Source of the DNA: the human T2T-CHM13v2.0 reference genome, Homo sapiens
Strand: one strand, 5' to 3'
Length of the DNA stretch: 64,000 nucleotides
Assembly: GCF_009914755.1 (NCBI RefSeq)
Contig: NC_060931.1
In this document: piece after piece, positions 22,207 through 43,599 of the stretch
Numbering within the stretch: position 1 is the first letter of the stretch
Layout of the letters: the number at the start of each line of letters is the position of its first letter
Program-made: the position numbers and the translations under genes
Notes under the pieces: model-generated
What the model was told of the DNA's origin: nothing
Database searches by the model: none
The model's input: only the letters and a program-made list of their open reading frames with translations

Positions 22207-22833
22207 CAGAAAGCCCAGGGGTGGCAGGAGGAGACCCTTTCACAGAAAGCCCATCCCAGGGGTGGCAGCAAGAGACCCTTTCACAGAAAGCCCATCCCAG
22301 GGGCTCCAGGAGGAGACCCTTTCACAGCCCATCCCAGGGGTTCCAGGAGGAGGAGACCATTTCACAGAAAGCCCATCTCAGGGGTTCCAGGAGGAGGAGA
22401 CCCTTTCACAGAAAGCCCATCCCAGGGGTTCCAGGAGGAGGAGACCATTTCACAGAAAGCCCATCCCAGGGGCAGGCAGGGGGAGACCCTTTCACAGAAA
22501 GCCCATCCCAGGGGTGGCAGGAGGAGACCCTTTCACAGAAAGCCCATCCCAGGGGTTCCAGGAGGAGATCCTTTCACAGAAAGCCCATGCCAGGGGTTCC
22601 AGGAGGAGACCCTTTCACAGAAAGCCCATCCCAGGGGTGGCAGGAGGAGACCCTTTCACAGAAAGCCCATCCCAGGGGTTCCAGGAGGAGGAGACCGTTT
22701 CACAGAAAGCCCATCCCAGGGGCAGGCAGGGGGAGACCCTTTCACAGAAAGCCCGTCCCAGGGGTGGCAGGAGGAGACCCTTTCACAGAAAGCCCATCCC
22801 AGGGGTTCCAGGAGGAGACCCTTTCACAGAAAG
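22207..22833. repeat. About 41-bp minisatellite, left block (about 15 copies)
   Basis: Unit tttcacagaaagcccatcccaggggttccaggaggagaccc with ttcc/tggc/caggc variants. Confidence 0.97.
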
Positions 22834-23799
22834 TGAAGGGGTGGGTTGCCCCTCCACACCTGTGGGTGTTTCTCGTTAGGTGGAACGAGAGACTTGGAAA
22901 AGAAAAAGACACAGAGACAAAGTATAGAGAAAGAAATAAGGGGACCCAGGGAACCAGCGTTCAGCATATGGAGGGTCCACACCGGCCTCTGAGTTCCATT
23001 AGTATTTATTGATCATTTTTGGGTGTTTCTCAGAGGGGGATGTGGCAGGGTCATAAGATAATAGTGGAGAGAAGGTCAGCAGATAAACAGGTGAATAAAG
23101 GTCTCTGCATCATAGACAAGGTAAAGAATTAAGTGCTGTGCTTTAGATATGCATACACATAAACATCTCAATGGCTTACAGAGCAGTATTGCTGCCCACA
23201 TGTCCCACCTCCAGCCCTAAGGCGATTTTTCCCTATCTCAGTAGATGGAACATACAATCGGGTTTTATACGGAGACATTCCATTGCCCAGGGACGGGCAG
23301 GAGACAGATGCCTTCCTCTTGTCTCAACTGCAAGAGGCATTCCTTCCTCTTATACTAATCCTCCTCAGCACAGACCCTTTACGGGTGTCGGGCTGGGGGA
23401 CGGTCAGGTCTTTCCCTTCCCAGGAGGCCATATCTCAGACTATCACATGGGGAGAAACCTTGGACAATACCTGGCTTTCCTAGGCAGAGGTCCCTGCGGC
23501 CTTCAGCAGTGTTTGTGTCCCTGGGTACTTGAGATTAGGGAGTGGTGATGACTCTTAACGAGCATGCTGCCTTCAAGCATCTGTTTAACAAAGCACATCC
23601 TGCACTGCCCTTAATCCATTTAACCCTGAGTGGACACAGCACATGTTTCAGAGAGCAAAGGGTTGGGGGTAAGGTTATAGATTAACAGCATCCCAAGGCA
23701 GAAGAATTTTTCTTAGTACAGAACAAAATGGAGTCTCCCATGTCTACTTCTTTCTACACAGACACAGTAACAATCTGATCTCTCTTTCTTTTCCCCACA
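22834..23799 (-). mobile_element. HERV-K(HML-2) LTR5 solo LTR (LTR5A/B-like), 966 bp
   Basis: Minus strand begins tgtggggaaaagaaagagagatcagattgttactgtgtctgtgtagaaagaagtagac and ends gcaacccaccccttca; TG..CA termini; gaaag duplicated at 22829-22833 and 23800-23804. Confidence 0.93.
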
Positions 23800-23923
23800 G
23801 AAAGCCCATCCCAGGGGTTCCAGGAGGAGACCCTGTCACAGAAAGTCCATCCCAGGAGTTCCAGGAGGAGACCCTTTCACAGAAAGCCCATCCCAGGGGC
23901 AGGCAGGAGGAGACCCTTTCACA
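23800..23923. repeat. About 41-bp minisatellite, right block (about 3 copies)
   Basis: The same unit resumes in register after the LTR. Confidence 0.95.
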
Positions 23924-24454
23924 GTGCAGTGGCCGCCAGGTTGCGGCTTTGCACGGGCTCTTTCATTCATGTACTCAGCCCTTCATTCCACAAAGTGGCC
24001 CTGTGTTCCGTGGGGCTGGAGCGCAGCCCTGCCTACACGCCCACATCCTGGCAGGGGGGCCGACCAAATGGAGAAGCAGGCGCGTTGTGAGCACATGTGG
24101 TGTCAGCGAGAGCCTGCGGAGGGGCTGGACACTAGACCCGGGGGAGGAGAGAGCCAGAGGGACAAGGATCTGGGCAGAGGCTTCATCGTGCCTGTTTCAC
24201 AGAAGAAGCACCCTACAAGAGGTCGCATGGTGAGGCCCGGAGCTGAGCATTTGGACCCAGAGTCAGATCACACTCCCTCCTAGTCCTCCATGCCAACACC
24301 CTCTACTAGGGACAAACGCTGTCAACACGTCACCTGACCCCCACCTGGAGGGGGGCCACAGAGGGGAGCCAGGACCCAGGGATGGGTGATGGAGTGAGGG
24401 GCACCCCCCGCTGAGTGGGGCAGGTGGGATTTGAATCCTGGCCTCCTGAACTAG

Positions 24455-25440
<986 letters not shown>

Positions 25441-26217
25441 CAAGTCCTCTCGTCTTCCCACTGGAGCCTGGCTGCTGAATTCACATGGAGAGCTTCTCGG
25501 GAAGAATGCTAAGTGCAGGAAACAGGACTGCTTAGAACACCTGGGCCACCTGTTGGCACCTGAAGCTCATCCCTGGATTCAGGAGATAGAGGATTCGCTC
25601 ACAACGGCAGCTCCAGCTGCTGTCTCAGAAAACAGCTTCTCCCACTCTCCAGATCTGAACGGCATGGAAAGTTACAGGGGCTCAATCGTTGACATTTGTT
25701 AAGGCCAAGTGCGGTGGCTCACGCCTGTAGTCCCCACACATTCCGAGGCCAAGGCAGGAGGATCACCTGAGCCCAGGAGTTTGAGATCAGCCCAGATGAC
25801 ATAGAGAGATTTCATCTGTACAAAGAAAGATTTTTTTTAATTAGCTGGGCATTGTGGCACATGCCTGTAAGTCCCAGCTACTTGGGAAGCTGAGATGGGA
25901 GGATCTCTTGAGCCCAGGAATACAAGGCCTGATCATGCCACTGCACTCCAGCCTCGGTGACAGAGCAAGACCCTGTCTCAACACAGAACAAAAACACACT
26001 TATGCCACGTGGCGGGGAGGTGAACTGTTTTCTCCACCTATAGACTAAGAAAACGGGGGCTGGGCGCGGTGGCTCACGCCTGTGATCCCAGCACTTTGGG
26101 AGGCCAAAGCAGGAAGATGGTTTGAGGCCAGGAGTTTGAGACCAGCCTGGGTAACATGGTAAAACGCCTGTCTCTACCAAAAATTTAAAAATTAGCCAGG
26201 CATAGTCCAGCTACTCA

Positions 26218-26358
<141 letters not shown>

Positions 26359-26666
26359 TTAAAATCTTTTTAATTTTAAAGACTATACATTCATTGTAAT
26401 GTGTATTAAAAAGATATAATGAAGCCATCAGACACTGAAGTTCATCAATAATTTAAATGAGGCTAAACTTAAAAAATGAGTTTCTTCTTTTTTTCCTGTT
26501 TATTTATTTATTTATTTATTTTGACTGCTACATTTTCCTTTATTTTGCTTGTAAGGAAAACCAATCGACTAAGTTGTCCCAAAACTCTTAGTGTTCACTG
26601 ATCAAGAAGGAAATGAGGTCAGAAGGCAAACTTTTCACTTCCTCTCAAACATATATTGCAAGTATC

Positions 26667-27029
<363 letters not shown>

Positions 27030-27554
27030 TCAACATACAGAGAGCCCATGCAAGAAGAAGTGAGTGCTGAAGATCTACAGAGCTCAGACTGGGAGCACTT
27101 TTGCAGGAAGTTTGAATCTATCCACGCAGCTCTTTCCTCCCACAGTCCAGGCTCATCACTTATTTCTATTCCAAGGGGGCTTATCTATACGCAGAAATCC
27201 AGGCCGCTCCATATATATTAATACTTGCCCAGCTGTGTTTCACGAGGCATCTCCACGTGCCAAGCCCCGACTCAGATTCTGCACGGGAAGTTCCCGCTGC
27301 TGTCAAAGAACTCTCGGCCCCTCTGCACTACTTTGCTGCTGAAGTGACCTGGCTCCTCTGCCTTCAACTCCTCCAGCTTCTGCTCACTTGGCAACGCAGC
27401 ATCGCCGGTTCTTCTGGTGCTCTCAGAATCACTGGAGTACTTCTGCAGCTCTCTCTGATGACCTAGGGGTGCAGCAGCAGGCACAAAGCTCTCCTCCGGG
27501 TCCTGGACTTCTTTATTTCTTCCCTTCCATCTCCTTGGTGTATTTGTCCTGTGA

Positions 27555-27874
<320 letters not shown>

Positions 27875-28376
27875 AAGCCCTCTTCTCTTTGATGGCAAGG
27901 GCAACCTGGCCATGTTGCCAGCTTAGAGCTGCTCTATACACCCAGAAAGCTAACACCTAGAACAATAACTGCCCTAAGCATGCCGAACTCTCTAAACCGA
28001 TGATGAAGTACGTCACTAGTGAAGGGAGCAGTGGTCTCAGGGGATCTGAACACCTGACACTGTGCCCCTAACAATGGGTAAGAAGGAGTAACAGTGGCAG
28101 GATGCCGGGCGCCAAGGGGGTGCGGTCTGGGGCACCGGGACTCAAGGCTCTGCTTCAAGCTGAGGCCTGGGGAGAAGCCGGTACCTCTCCACCTTCTGCA
28201 GCTCCCATTCCTCCGGCAGGAATCGGGGTCCTGCTCCCAGCCGATAGGGCCTGGGCCCGCTATCCCACAGGGCGCCAACCTGCAGCGAGGGACAGCAGCG
28301 CAAACACACCCACCCAGCAAGAGACTCACGGTAACCGCCATGTCGACGCAAACCAGCCTTCAGCAGTCCGCTACCC

Positions 28377-28680
28377 TTTTTTGATTTTTTTTTTTTTTTT
28401 TTTTAAGACAAGAGTCTCCTTCTGTTGCCCAGGCTGGAGTGCAATCTTGGCTCACTGCAGCCTCTACCTCTCAGGTTCAAGCGATTCTCCTGCCTCAGCC
28501 TCCAGAGTAGCTGGGATTACAGGCACTCACCACCACGCCTGGCTAATTTTTTGTATTTTTGGTAGAGACGGAGTTTCACCATGTTGTCCAGGTGGGTCTT
28601 GAACTCCTGACCCCAAGTGATCCACCTGCCTCGGCCGCCCAAAGTGCTGAGATTACAGGTATGAGCCACCATACCTGGCC
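28377..28680 (-). mobile_element. Alu (AluS-like) abutting the 5' end of the NGRN retrocopy
   Basis: Its tail joins directly to the NGRN 5'UTR; the flank aaaaaatgagtttct (28681-28695) is repeated at 26471-26485. Confidence 0.9.
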
Positions 28681-29008
28681 AAAAAATGAGTTTCTGTAAA
28701 GAAAAAAATTAACTCCATAATAGTCCAGACAGTCCTGGGATAAAGTAACCATTGTAGGTGTGATTTGGGGGGCCTGGACTGCGGGACACGTGGCCTCCCC
28801 TTAGGGGCTGAGTTTGGTTGCCAATAACAGAAAATCCCCACGACAGTGGCTTAAATAAGATAGGGCTTATTTTTCTCTCATGCAGCAACAAGTCTGGGGG
28901 TGGAGCTGCGTAATGTCCTCCCCAAGGTCGTCAGGGACCCAGGCTCCTCTGGGTTTCTCTGTCTTGCCCTCTGCATTGGTCAGCATTCTCCAGGGAAACA
29001 GAACCAAT

Positions 29009-29266
29009 AGGATGGATGGATGGATGGATAGATCGATAGATGGCTAGATCGACAGGTTGATAGATGGATAGATAGATATACATAGATCGATAGCTGGCTA
29101 GATCGACAGGTTGATAGATGGATAGATAGATACATAGATCAATAGCTGGCTAGATCGACAGATTGATGGATAGATAGATAGATACATAGATGGATAGATG
29201 GCTGGATCGACAGATTGATAGATGGATGGATGGATAGATAGATACATAGATGATAGATGGGATGGG
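29009..29266. repeat. Compound (GATA/GGAT)n microsatellite inside an MLT2-like LTR end
   Basis: Follows ttctccagggaaacagaaccaatagga (MLT2-like); contains repeated ggctagatcgacag blocks. Confidence 0.85.
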
Positions 29267-29352
29267 AGATGACTTCAAGAGGTTCATGTTGGCTGGTATA
29301 GTGGCTCACGCCTGTAACCCCAGCACTTTGGGAGGCTAAGGCAGGAGGATCA

Positions 29353-29792
<440 letters not shown>

Positions 29793-30108
29793 TCAGGATG
29801 TGTGGCCCCTCTCATGCTGCCTCACCTTCCCCGGTCTCCTCCCAGGTTCCCGTCCCACCGCTCCTTGCAGAGCCAGGCAGATCACAGGACCTTTCAGAGA
29901 TGCTCAGGGCACTCTGCCAGCTGCCTTCATGTTTCCCAGCTCTGCTGTGCTGATGCCTTTGTCTACACCATCCCTTTCTGTCCCCTGCCCGTGCCTGGAA
30001 GACCCCGCAAACTCCAACTGACCGTAACCCTATCCGTCCTGCGGGAGAAGGTCCTTTCTGCTCTGGGCTTCTGCAGGGATGTAACCTCATCCCTAAAATA
30101 GGAGTGAT

Positions 30109-35137
<5,029 letters not shown>

Positions 35138-35187
35138 TAAGCTGAGACAGGCATCACAGGGTGACATTGCCAGAGGCTGTCACCTTA

Positions 35188-35380
35188 TTTACATACGTGC
35201 AATTGCATATATGTATGTATACAACATAGACATATTATACATGCATAATACAGGTCTATATGTATGTGTACAATATATAAACATATATACTACATACATA
35301 CACATAGGTAACATGTATGCATTACACATACGTATAAACATATTATCTACTGTGAGTGTGTATATAATATACACATATAT
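35188..35380. repeat. Degenerate (TA/CA)n low-complexity tract
   Basis: Alternating purine-pyrimidine, AT-rich run. Confidence 0.8.
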
Positions 35381-35672
35381 TTTGTGGTGGTTGTTTGTTG
35401 CTTTTCCCCCCCACTAGAATACAGGAGGGCAGGGGCCTTGCCCGTCTCCCTCACTTCCACATTTCCAGGGCCCGGTGGGTTCGGAACTCCTTTGGGACTG
35501 GCTGCAGGGAGTGGAAGAGTGAAGAGATGACCTTGGTTGGAAGGCTGCCTCGGGAGTCCATCGGAGGGGGCCAACTAAAAATATCACGGATTGAAAAAGT
35601 TCTTGGGGTGGATGGTGGGGATGTGAAAGTGCTTAATGCCACTGCAGGGAGTGCTTAAAAATGGTTAAGATG

Positions 35673-36001
<329 letters not shown>

Positions 36002-36044
36002 TTAAGATGGTAAATTTTATGTTCTATATATTTTACCATAATTA

Positions 36045-36176
<132 letters not shown>

Positions 36177-36182
36177 CTATTA

Positions 36183-36341
<159 letters not shown>

Positions 36342-36389
36342 CTAAAAAAATAAACAAACAAACACACAAAACTACATTGATGCCAAGAA

Positions 36390-36580
36390 CAATTACTGCA
36401 TGCTCACTATGCATTAGGCATCTTGCTAAGCTCTTTACCCGTGTCATCTCGTTTGTCTCACATACTCCCTGAAAGGTAGGGTCACTAACCTATTATATTT
36501 TACGGATTGGCGACAACCTCAGAGAGGTTAAGTCACTTGCCCAAGGTCACACAGCGAGTCTCAAGCCCCAGCCGGTGAGC
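36390..36580 (-). mobile_element. MIR element at the edge of the CpG island
   Basis: ctcagagaggttaagtcacttgcccaaggtcacacagc is the MIR core. Confidence 0.85.
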
Positions 36581-36589
36581 ATCACGATC

Positions 36590-37900
36590 CTTTGCCAATG
36601 AGCCGATGCTCGAGAAAGGGTCGGATAGACAACAGGCACTGCATAAAGGTTGGTTAACGGGATCGTGTTTGGCTGCAACGTGGAGCTCCCGGGTCGAACG
36701 GCGAGACAGCTGCGCGTCCCCGAGCCGCCGCGCGCCCGGTCCGCCGGGGCGGAGTCAACGCCGCGGATTGGCTGCTGAGAAAGGGGCGTGGCTCGTGGCG
36801 GCCGGTGGGCGGAGTCGATCTCTGGCCGTAAATACGGCGCCACATGGCACTGGCTCGCGAGGGCGGGGGCGGGCGGGCTGGCCGGGCGCAGGCGCGCTGA
36901 GGGCGGGCGCCCCTCGGCCTCCGTGGCCCCTCCGGCGGCCGCGACGTCTCGCGAGAAGACGACCGGTAGGAGGGGCTCCTGCGCCGGGGGCGGGGCCGGC
37001 GAGGGCTGCCTCTGGGGGGTCCGCTAGTCGCGGGGCGGCGGCGGCGGCTGCGGGCGCGAGGTGAGGGGCGCGAGGTGAGGGGCGCGAGGTGAGGGGCGCG
37101 GCGGGCGGCGGGCTCGGGGCGCGGTCTCCCTCTCTCTCGGCCAGTGCTGGGCTCCCAGGGCCCGGGCGGGGGTCCCGGGCCGCGCTGAGGGGCGCGGGTC
37201 GGCTCTCCTTAACCTGGCCTGGCGGGCGCGGCTTGGGCCTGGGTTCGAGTTCCCGCGCCGGCGCGCAGTGTGACCTTGGCCCTGCGCGCGCCCTCTCTGA
37301 GCCCCGCTCGTCGTCCTCGGCCAGGGGGACCCAGCCCTGGGGCCCTGATCAGCGCGTTCTGCGGCTCCTCGGGGTCTGGACGAGAAATCTGTGGTTCTGA
37401 TTCAGCGACAGCAGAGGCTGCAGCGGCCCCGCCGGCCCCCAGGAGTCCCCCTGCCCGGCATCAGCCTCTGCCGCCCGGCAGGGGTAGGACCAATTCCCGG
37501 GCTTGGAGTTCCAGGATCCCCAGCTCCCGAGGGCCCCCGTGTGCCTGCTGTCACCTGAACGGGGCTCCCCGGCCCCGCCGACCGCAGCCCTGGAGCCTGC
37601 AGACGCCAGCAGCACCGGCAGGTCGCTCAGGGTATCCCTTAAATGACCTCTCACTCCAGAAGCCGCAGCCCTGCCCCTCTGGGAGAGGAAACCGTGCATT
37701 TAGTCCGGGAACAGTGGGACTTAGACCTCCTCTGCGGGCTCCCGGCCACCGAGACACCGCCGGCAAAGCCTTGGCTCGGGCAGAGGCTCCGTCTGGCAGG
37801 CAGCACAACAAGCCATAGTGTTTCCAGCATTATTAAATTATTTAGTTCATAAGCGGGGCTGTGGGGACTCGGAAGCCCCGGGGTGAATAGGAATGTGAGT
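36590..37900 (+). promoter_or_regulatory. CpG-island promoter, probably of CHST12
   Basis: Very high GC and CpG content; CCAAT at about 36595 and reversed at about 36766; several GC boxes; NRF1-like gcgcaggcgc at about 36886; TCTCGCGAGA at 36947-36956. Confidence 0.9.
36900..37088 (+). other. CHST12: Non-coding first exon, probably CHST12; start approximate; donors at 37061, 37075 and 37089
   Basis: GAG|GTGAGG donors inside the island. Identity rests on recalled gene order and 5'UTR; no sulfotransferase CDS is in the window, consistent with it lying beyond 64000. Confidence 0.7.
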
Positions 37901-39767
37901 TGCAGGCGCGGTGCTGGACGCAGTACATCTTCCAGGACACCAGGCCCTACGGTGCTGTTCCCGGCTGTGGGTGGTTGGGGACAGCTCAGCGGGTCCCCCA
38001 CTTACCCCCACGCGGGGACCCGGGTTAGCCCCTCACCGTGAGCATCTGGTGTTGGGAGTCAGGGCTGGTGTCTGAGTGAGGATGGAGAGAAAACAGGGGT
38101 AATGAGGAGATTGCTACACGAAGGTGCAACGCTTGAGATCTGAAAGAGCACCTGCCTGGAATGGCATAGATGTTTGATTTCCCTGCAAAGGAGTTTATGG
38201 GACTTTGGGCTGACGCTTTGGGGCCAGCAGTAACTGTCTGCTGTCACTCAGCTGACTCCAGCTTTATTATCAAACCTCCAATCGAGTGCAAGATGCTAAG
38301 CTGGGGTAGATGCCGGTAATAGCGTGGGCCTTGCCCTGGGAGCTCACGGCCAGCCTGGCTACAACTGTGTGGAGTTGAGACTGTGGTGCAGGCGTTAACA
38401 GAATGTGGCGACATTTTCCGACATTTTCCACAGTGGAGAGGACCTATGAATTGGGGCGTTTGGAGGCAAAGGGCATGCAGAGATGTGGAAGTGAAAGTGA
38501 TGTTTGGGGGAGATGGTGGGTCGCCGTGTTCTTGATGAAGTGGGGTTTGAGGATTGGGTTGGAAGCTAAGACTGGAAGGCCGGGCGAGGTGGCTCGTGAC
38601 TGTAATCCCAGCACTTTGGGAGGCAGAGGCGGGCGGATCACCTGAGGTCAGGAGTCCGAGACCAGCCTGGCCAACATGGTGAAACCCCATCTCTACTAAA
38701 AATACAAAATTTAGCTGGGCGTGGTGGTGCACACCTGAAGTCCCAGCTACTTAGGAGGATGAGTCAAGAGAATAGCTTGAACCTGGAGGCGGAAGTTGCA
38801 GTGAGCCGACACTGGGCCTCTGCACTCCAGCCTGGGCAACAGAGTAAAAAAAAGACTGGAAAGATGGGTTTCTGATTGTGCAGGGGCCTGAATGCTGTGT
38901 GAGGGAGTTTAAACTTTTATCCCTTTGGTGGTGGTTTGGGTGCGACGCGATTAGATGTGTTTCAGAAAAGTGGTCGTGGTGAGAATATGGGAGGTGGGTT
39001 TTGCCTCTGGGCAGTGGAGCTGAGTTGAGTAGCCTTGTGGGGCGTGGGTCTGGGGCAGTGAGAGAGTGGGGGCGGGCATGGAGCTGAAAGATGTTGCCAA
39101 ATCCACTGGGCGGTGGCGCTTTGTGAGATGTGGCGACCTGTAACAGCGAGGGCAGCCGGGACTTCTCACCTGCGATGAGGAGCGCTGCGGCCAGGTGGGA
39201 GAGGAAGGGCCACACAAACACACGTGGGTTTTAGACCTGCAGAGTTGGCGGTATTGGTGGCCATCCTGGAGGAGATGTGACCTGGTGGAGAAGAGACAGC
39301 CTGTACAAGGAGGGAATCCCCAGGAACCCCAGTGGGAAGGGATCCAGAGCTGAAGAGAGGCCCGTTGGTTGGCTGACCTTGGGCGTGCAGTTCCTTGACT
39401 ACGCACAGTCATTGAGGCTGGCAGGTGATTCTCTTCTAGTGTGGGTCAGGGGCTGAAGGAGCCATCAGTGGGAAAAGACGGGTTATTGATGATACTGAAA
39501 CACATGCGGCTTGTTTGTCATTTAAAAAAACCGTACATCTTGAGTTTCGATTCTTAAGTTGTCTTTCTTTTCGGAGAGTAGCTGTTAGTTTCACACTTGC
39601 TTAGTGGGTCTGTGGCTGCAGGCGGGACTGTGGTTCTCCAGCCCTGGCCCACAGATGTGCCTGGAGATAATTGACTCTCCAACTTATTACTTCCTGCTGT
39701 TAAGGTGGTGGTTTCTGTAACTGTTTAGAAACTTTAAAGATATTTCAGAGAAGAATGGGAGACAGGT

Positions 39768-39930
39768 ACAGTTGAGTACGGGGTGGGGGCACAGTTGAGT
39801 ATGGGGTGGGGGCACAGTTGAGTACGGGGTGGGGGAACAGTTGAGTATGGGGTGGGGGCACAGTTGAGTACGGGGTGGGGGCACAGTTGAGTACGGGGTG
39901 GGGGCGCGGTTGAGTATGGGGTGGGGGCGC
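39768..39930. repeat. 23-bp G-rich minisatellite, about 7 copies
   Basis: Unit acagttgagta(c/t)ggggtgggggc. Confidence 0.95.
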
Positions 39931-40189
39931 AGTGCTGAACAGGGCACAGGAGGAGGAAGCGAACAGGGACCCTTTGGCTCCCAGAACATGACCAGCTGGG
40001 GCTTTTCCCTGTAGACAGGAGGATGGATGTGTCTTTGGGGAATCTGAGTAGCCCAAGAGAAAAGACCTAAAATTAATGACATCAGGAGGTCCCCAGTCAG
40101 CAGACCCAGCTGGATCCCTTGCTAACGAAGCCCGTCATTAATAACCCCCTCCCAGTGTTCAAGGCATCAAGCTTTAAAAATCCCCATCC

Positions 40190-42710
<2,521 letters not shown>

Positions 42711-43599
42711 GGGTAGGGCGTGGTGGTTCGCACCTGTAATCCCAGCACTTCAGGAGGCCGAGGCAGGAGGATTGCTTGAGTCCAGGAGTTCAAGACCAGC
42801 CTGGGCAACATGGCGAAACCCTGTCTCTACTGAAAATACAAAAATTAGCCAGACATGGTGGCCTGTGTCTGTCTCAGCTCCTTGGGAGGCTGAGGTGGGA
42901 AGATCACTTCACTTGAGCCCAGGAGGTGGAGATTTTAGTGAGCTGAGATCGAGCCATCACACTCCACTCTAGCCTGGGTGACAGAGCAAGATCCTGTCTC
43001 AAAGAGAAAAAAAAAAAAGAATCATGGAGAAGGGCGGAGGTGAGAAAGGGAAGCAGGGACAGAGACTGTTGAGTTTCTTAATAAACTTCACCTCACGGAA
43101 TGATTTCACTCTTTCATGGATATGTATGTGTGGCATTGAATTGACCCAAATGGGAACAGTCTCAGATGGGCTTTCTGCTCTGATGGAATGGCGGCCCTCG
43201 CCTGCCTCTGTGCACAGGCCCTGTTAACAGGGAGGGTTTCCTTGCTCTGATTTCCTCTTGGTTATTGTCATTGTTCTCTGTATGCTGTCTCGTCGTTGTG
43301 GTCATTTATCAGAGATTCTGAGCACTTTTTTTCTTTTTCCTTTCAGGCAGAGTCTCACTCTGTCACTCAGGCTGGAGTGCAGTGATATGATCTCATTGCA
43401 GCCTCTGTTTCCTGAGTTCAAGCAATTATGATTACAGGCCTGAGCCGCCACGCCCGGCCGAGCGCTTTCTTTCGTCGTTTTCTAAGGGGGTTTTAAAACA
43501 TACCGACCAGTAGAGAGAGCAGTATTATACATCATCCTTCACCTGTCCCCAAGTTTCAGAAATTAGGCAATCAGAGTTTGTCTGGTTTTTGTTAGAACA

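Noticed and set aside
22115-23012. Three overlapping long plus-strand ORFs (210-263 aa)
   Set aside because: They translate a stop-free 41-bp VNTR; the kinesin exon-3 frame stops at 22190 before the array.
35437-35522. Acceptor plus phase-0 mini-ORF GPVGSELLWDWLQGVEE* as a possible last kinesin exon
   Set aside because: The context (cccactagaat..gagggcagggg) resembles a decayed L2 3' end and the peptide matches nothing I recognise.
36606-37818. Gly/Ala/Arg/Pro-rich ORFs in the CpG island
   Set aside because: Stop codons are rare at this GC content; no sulfotransferase or other domain is present.
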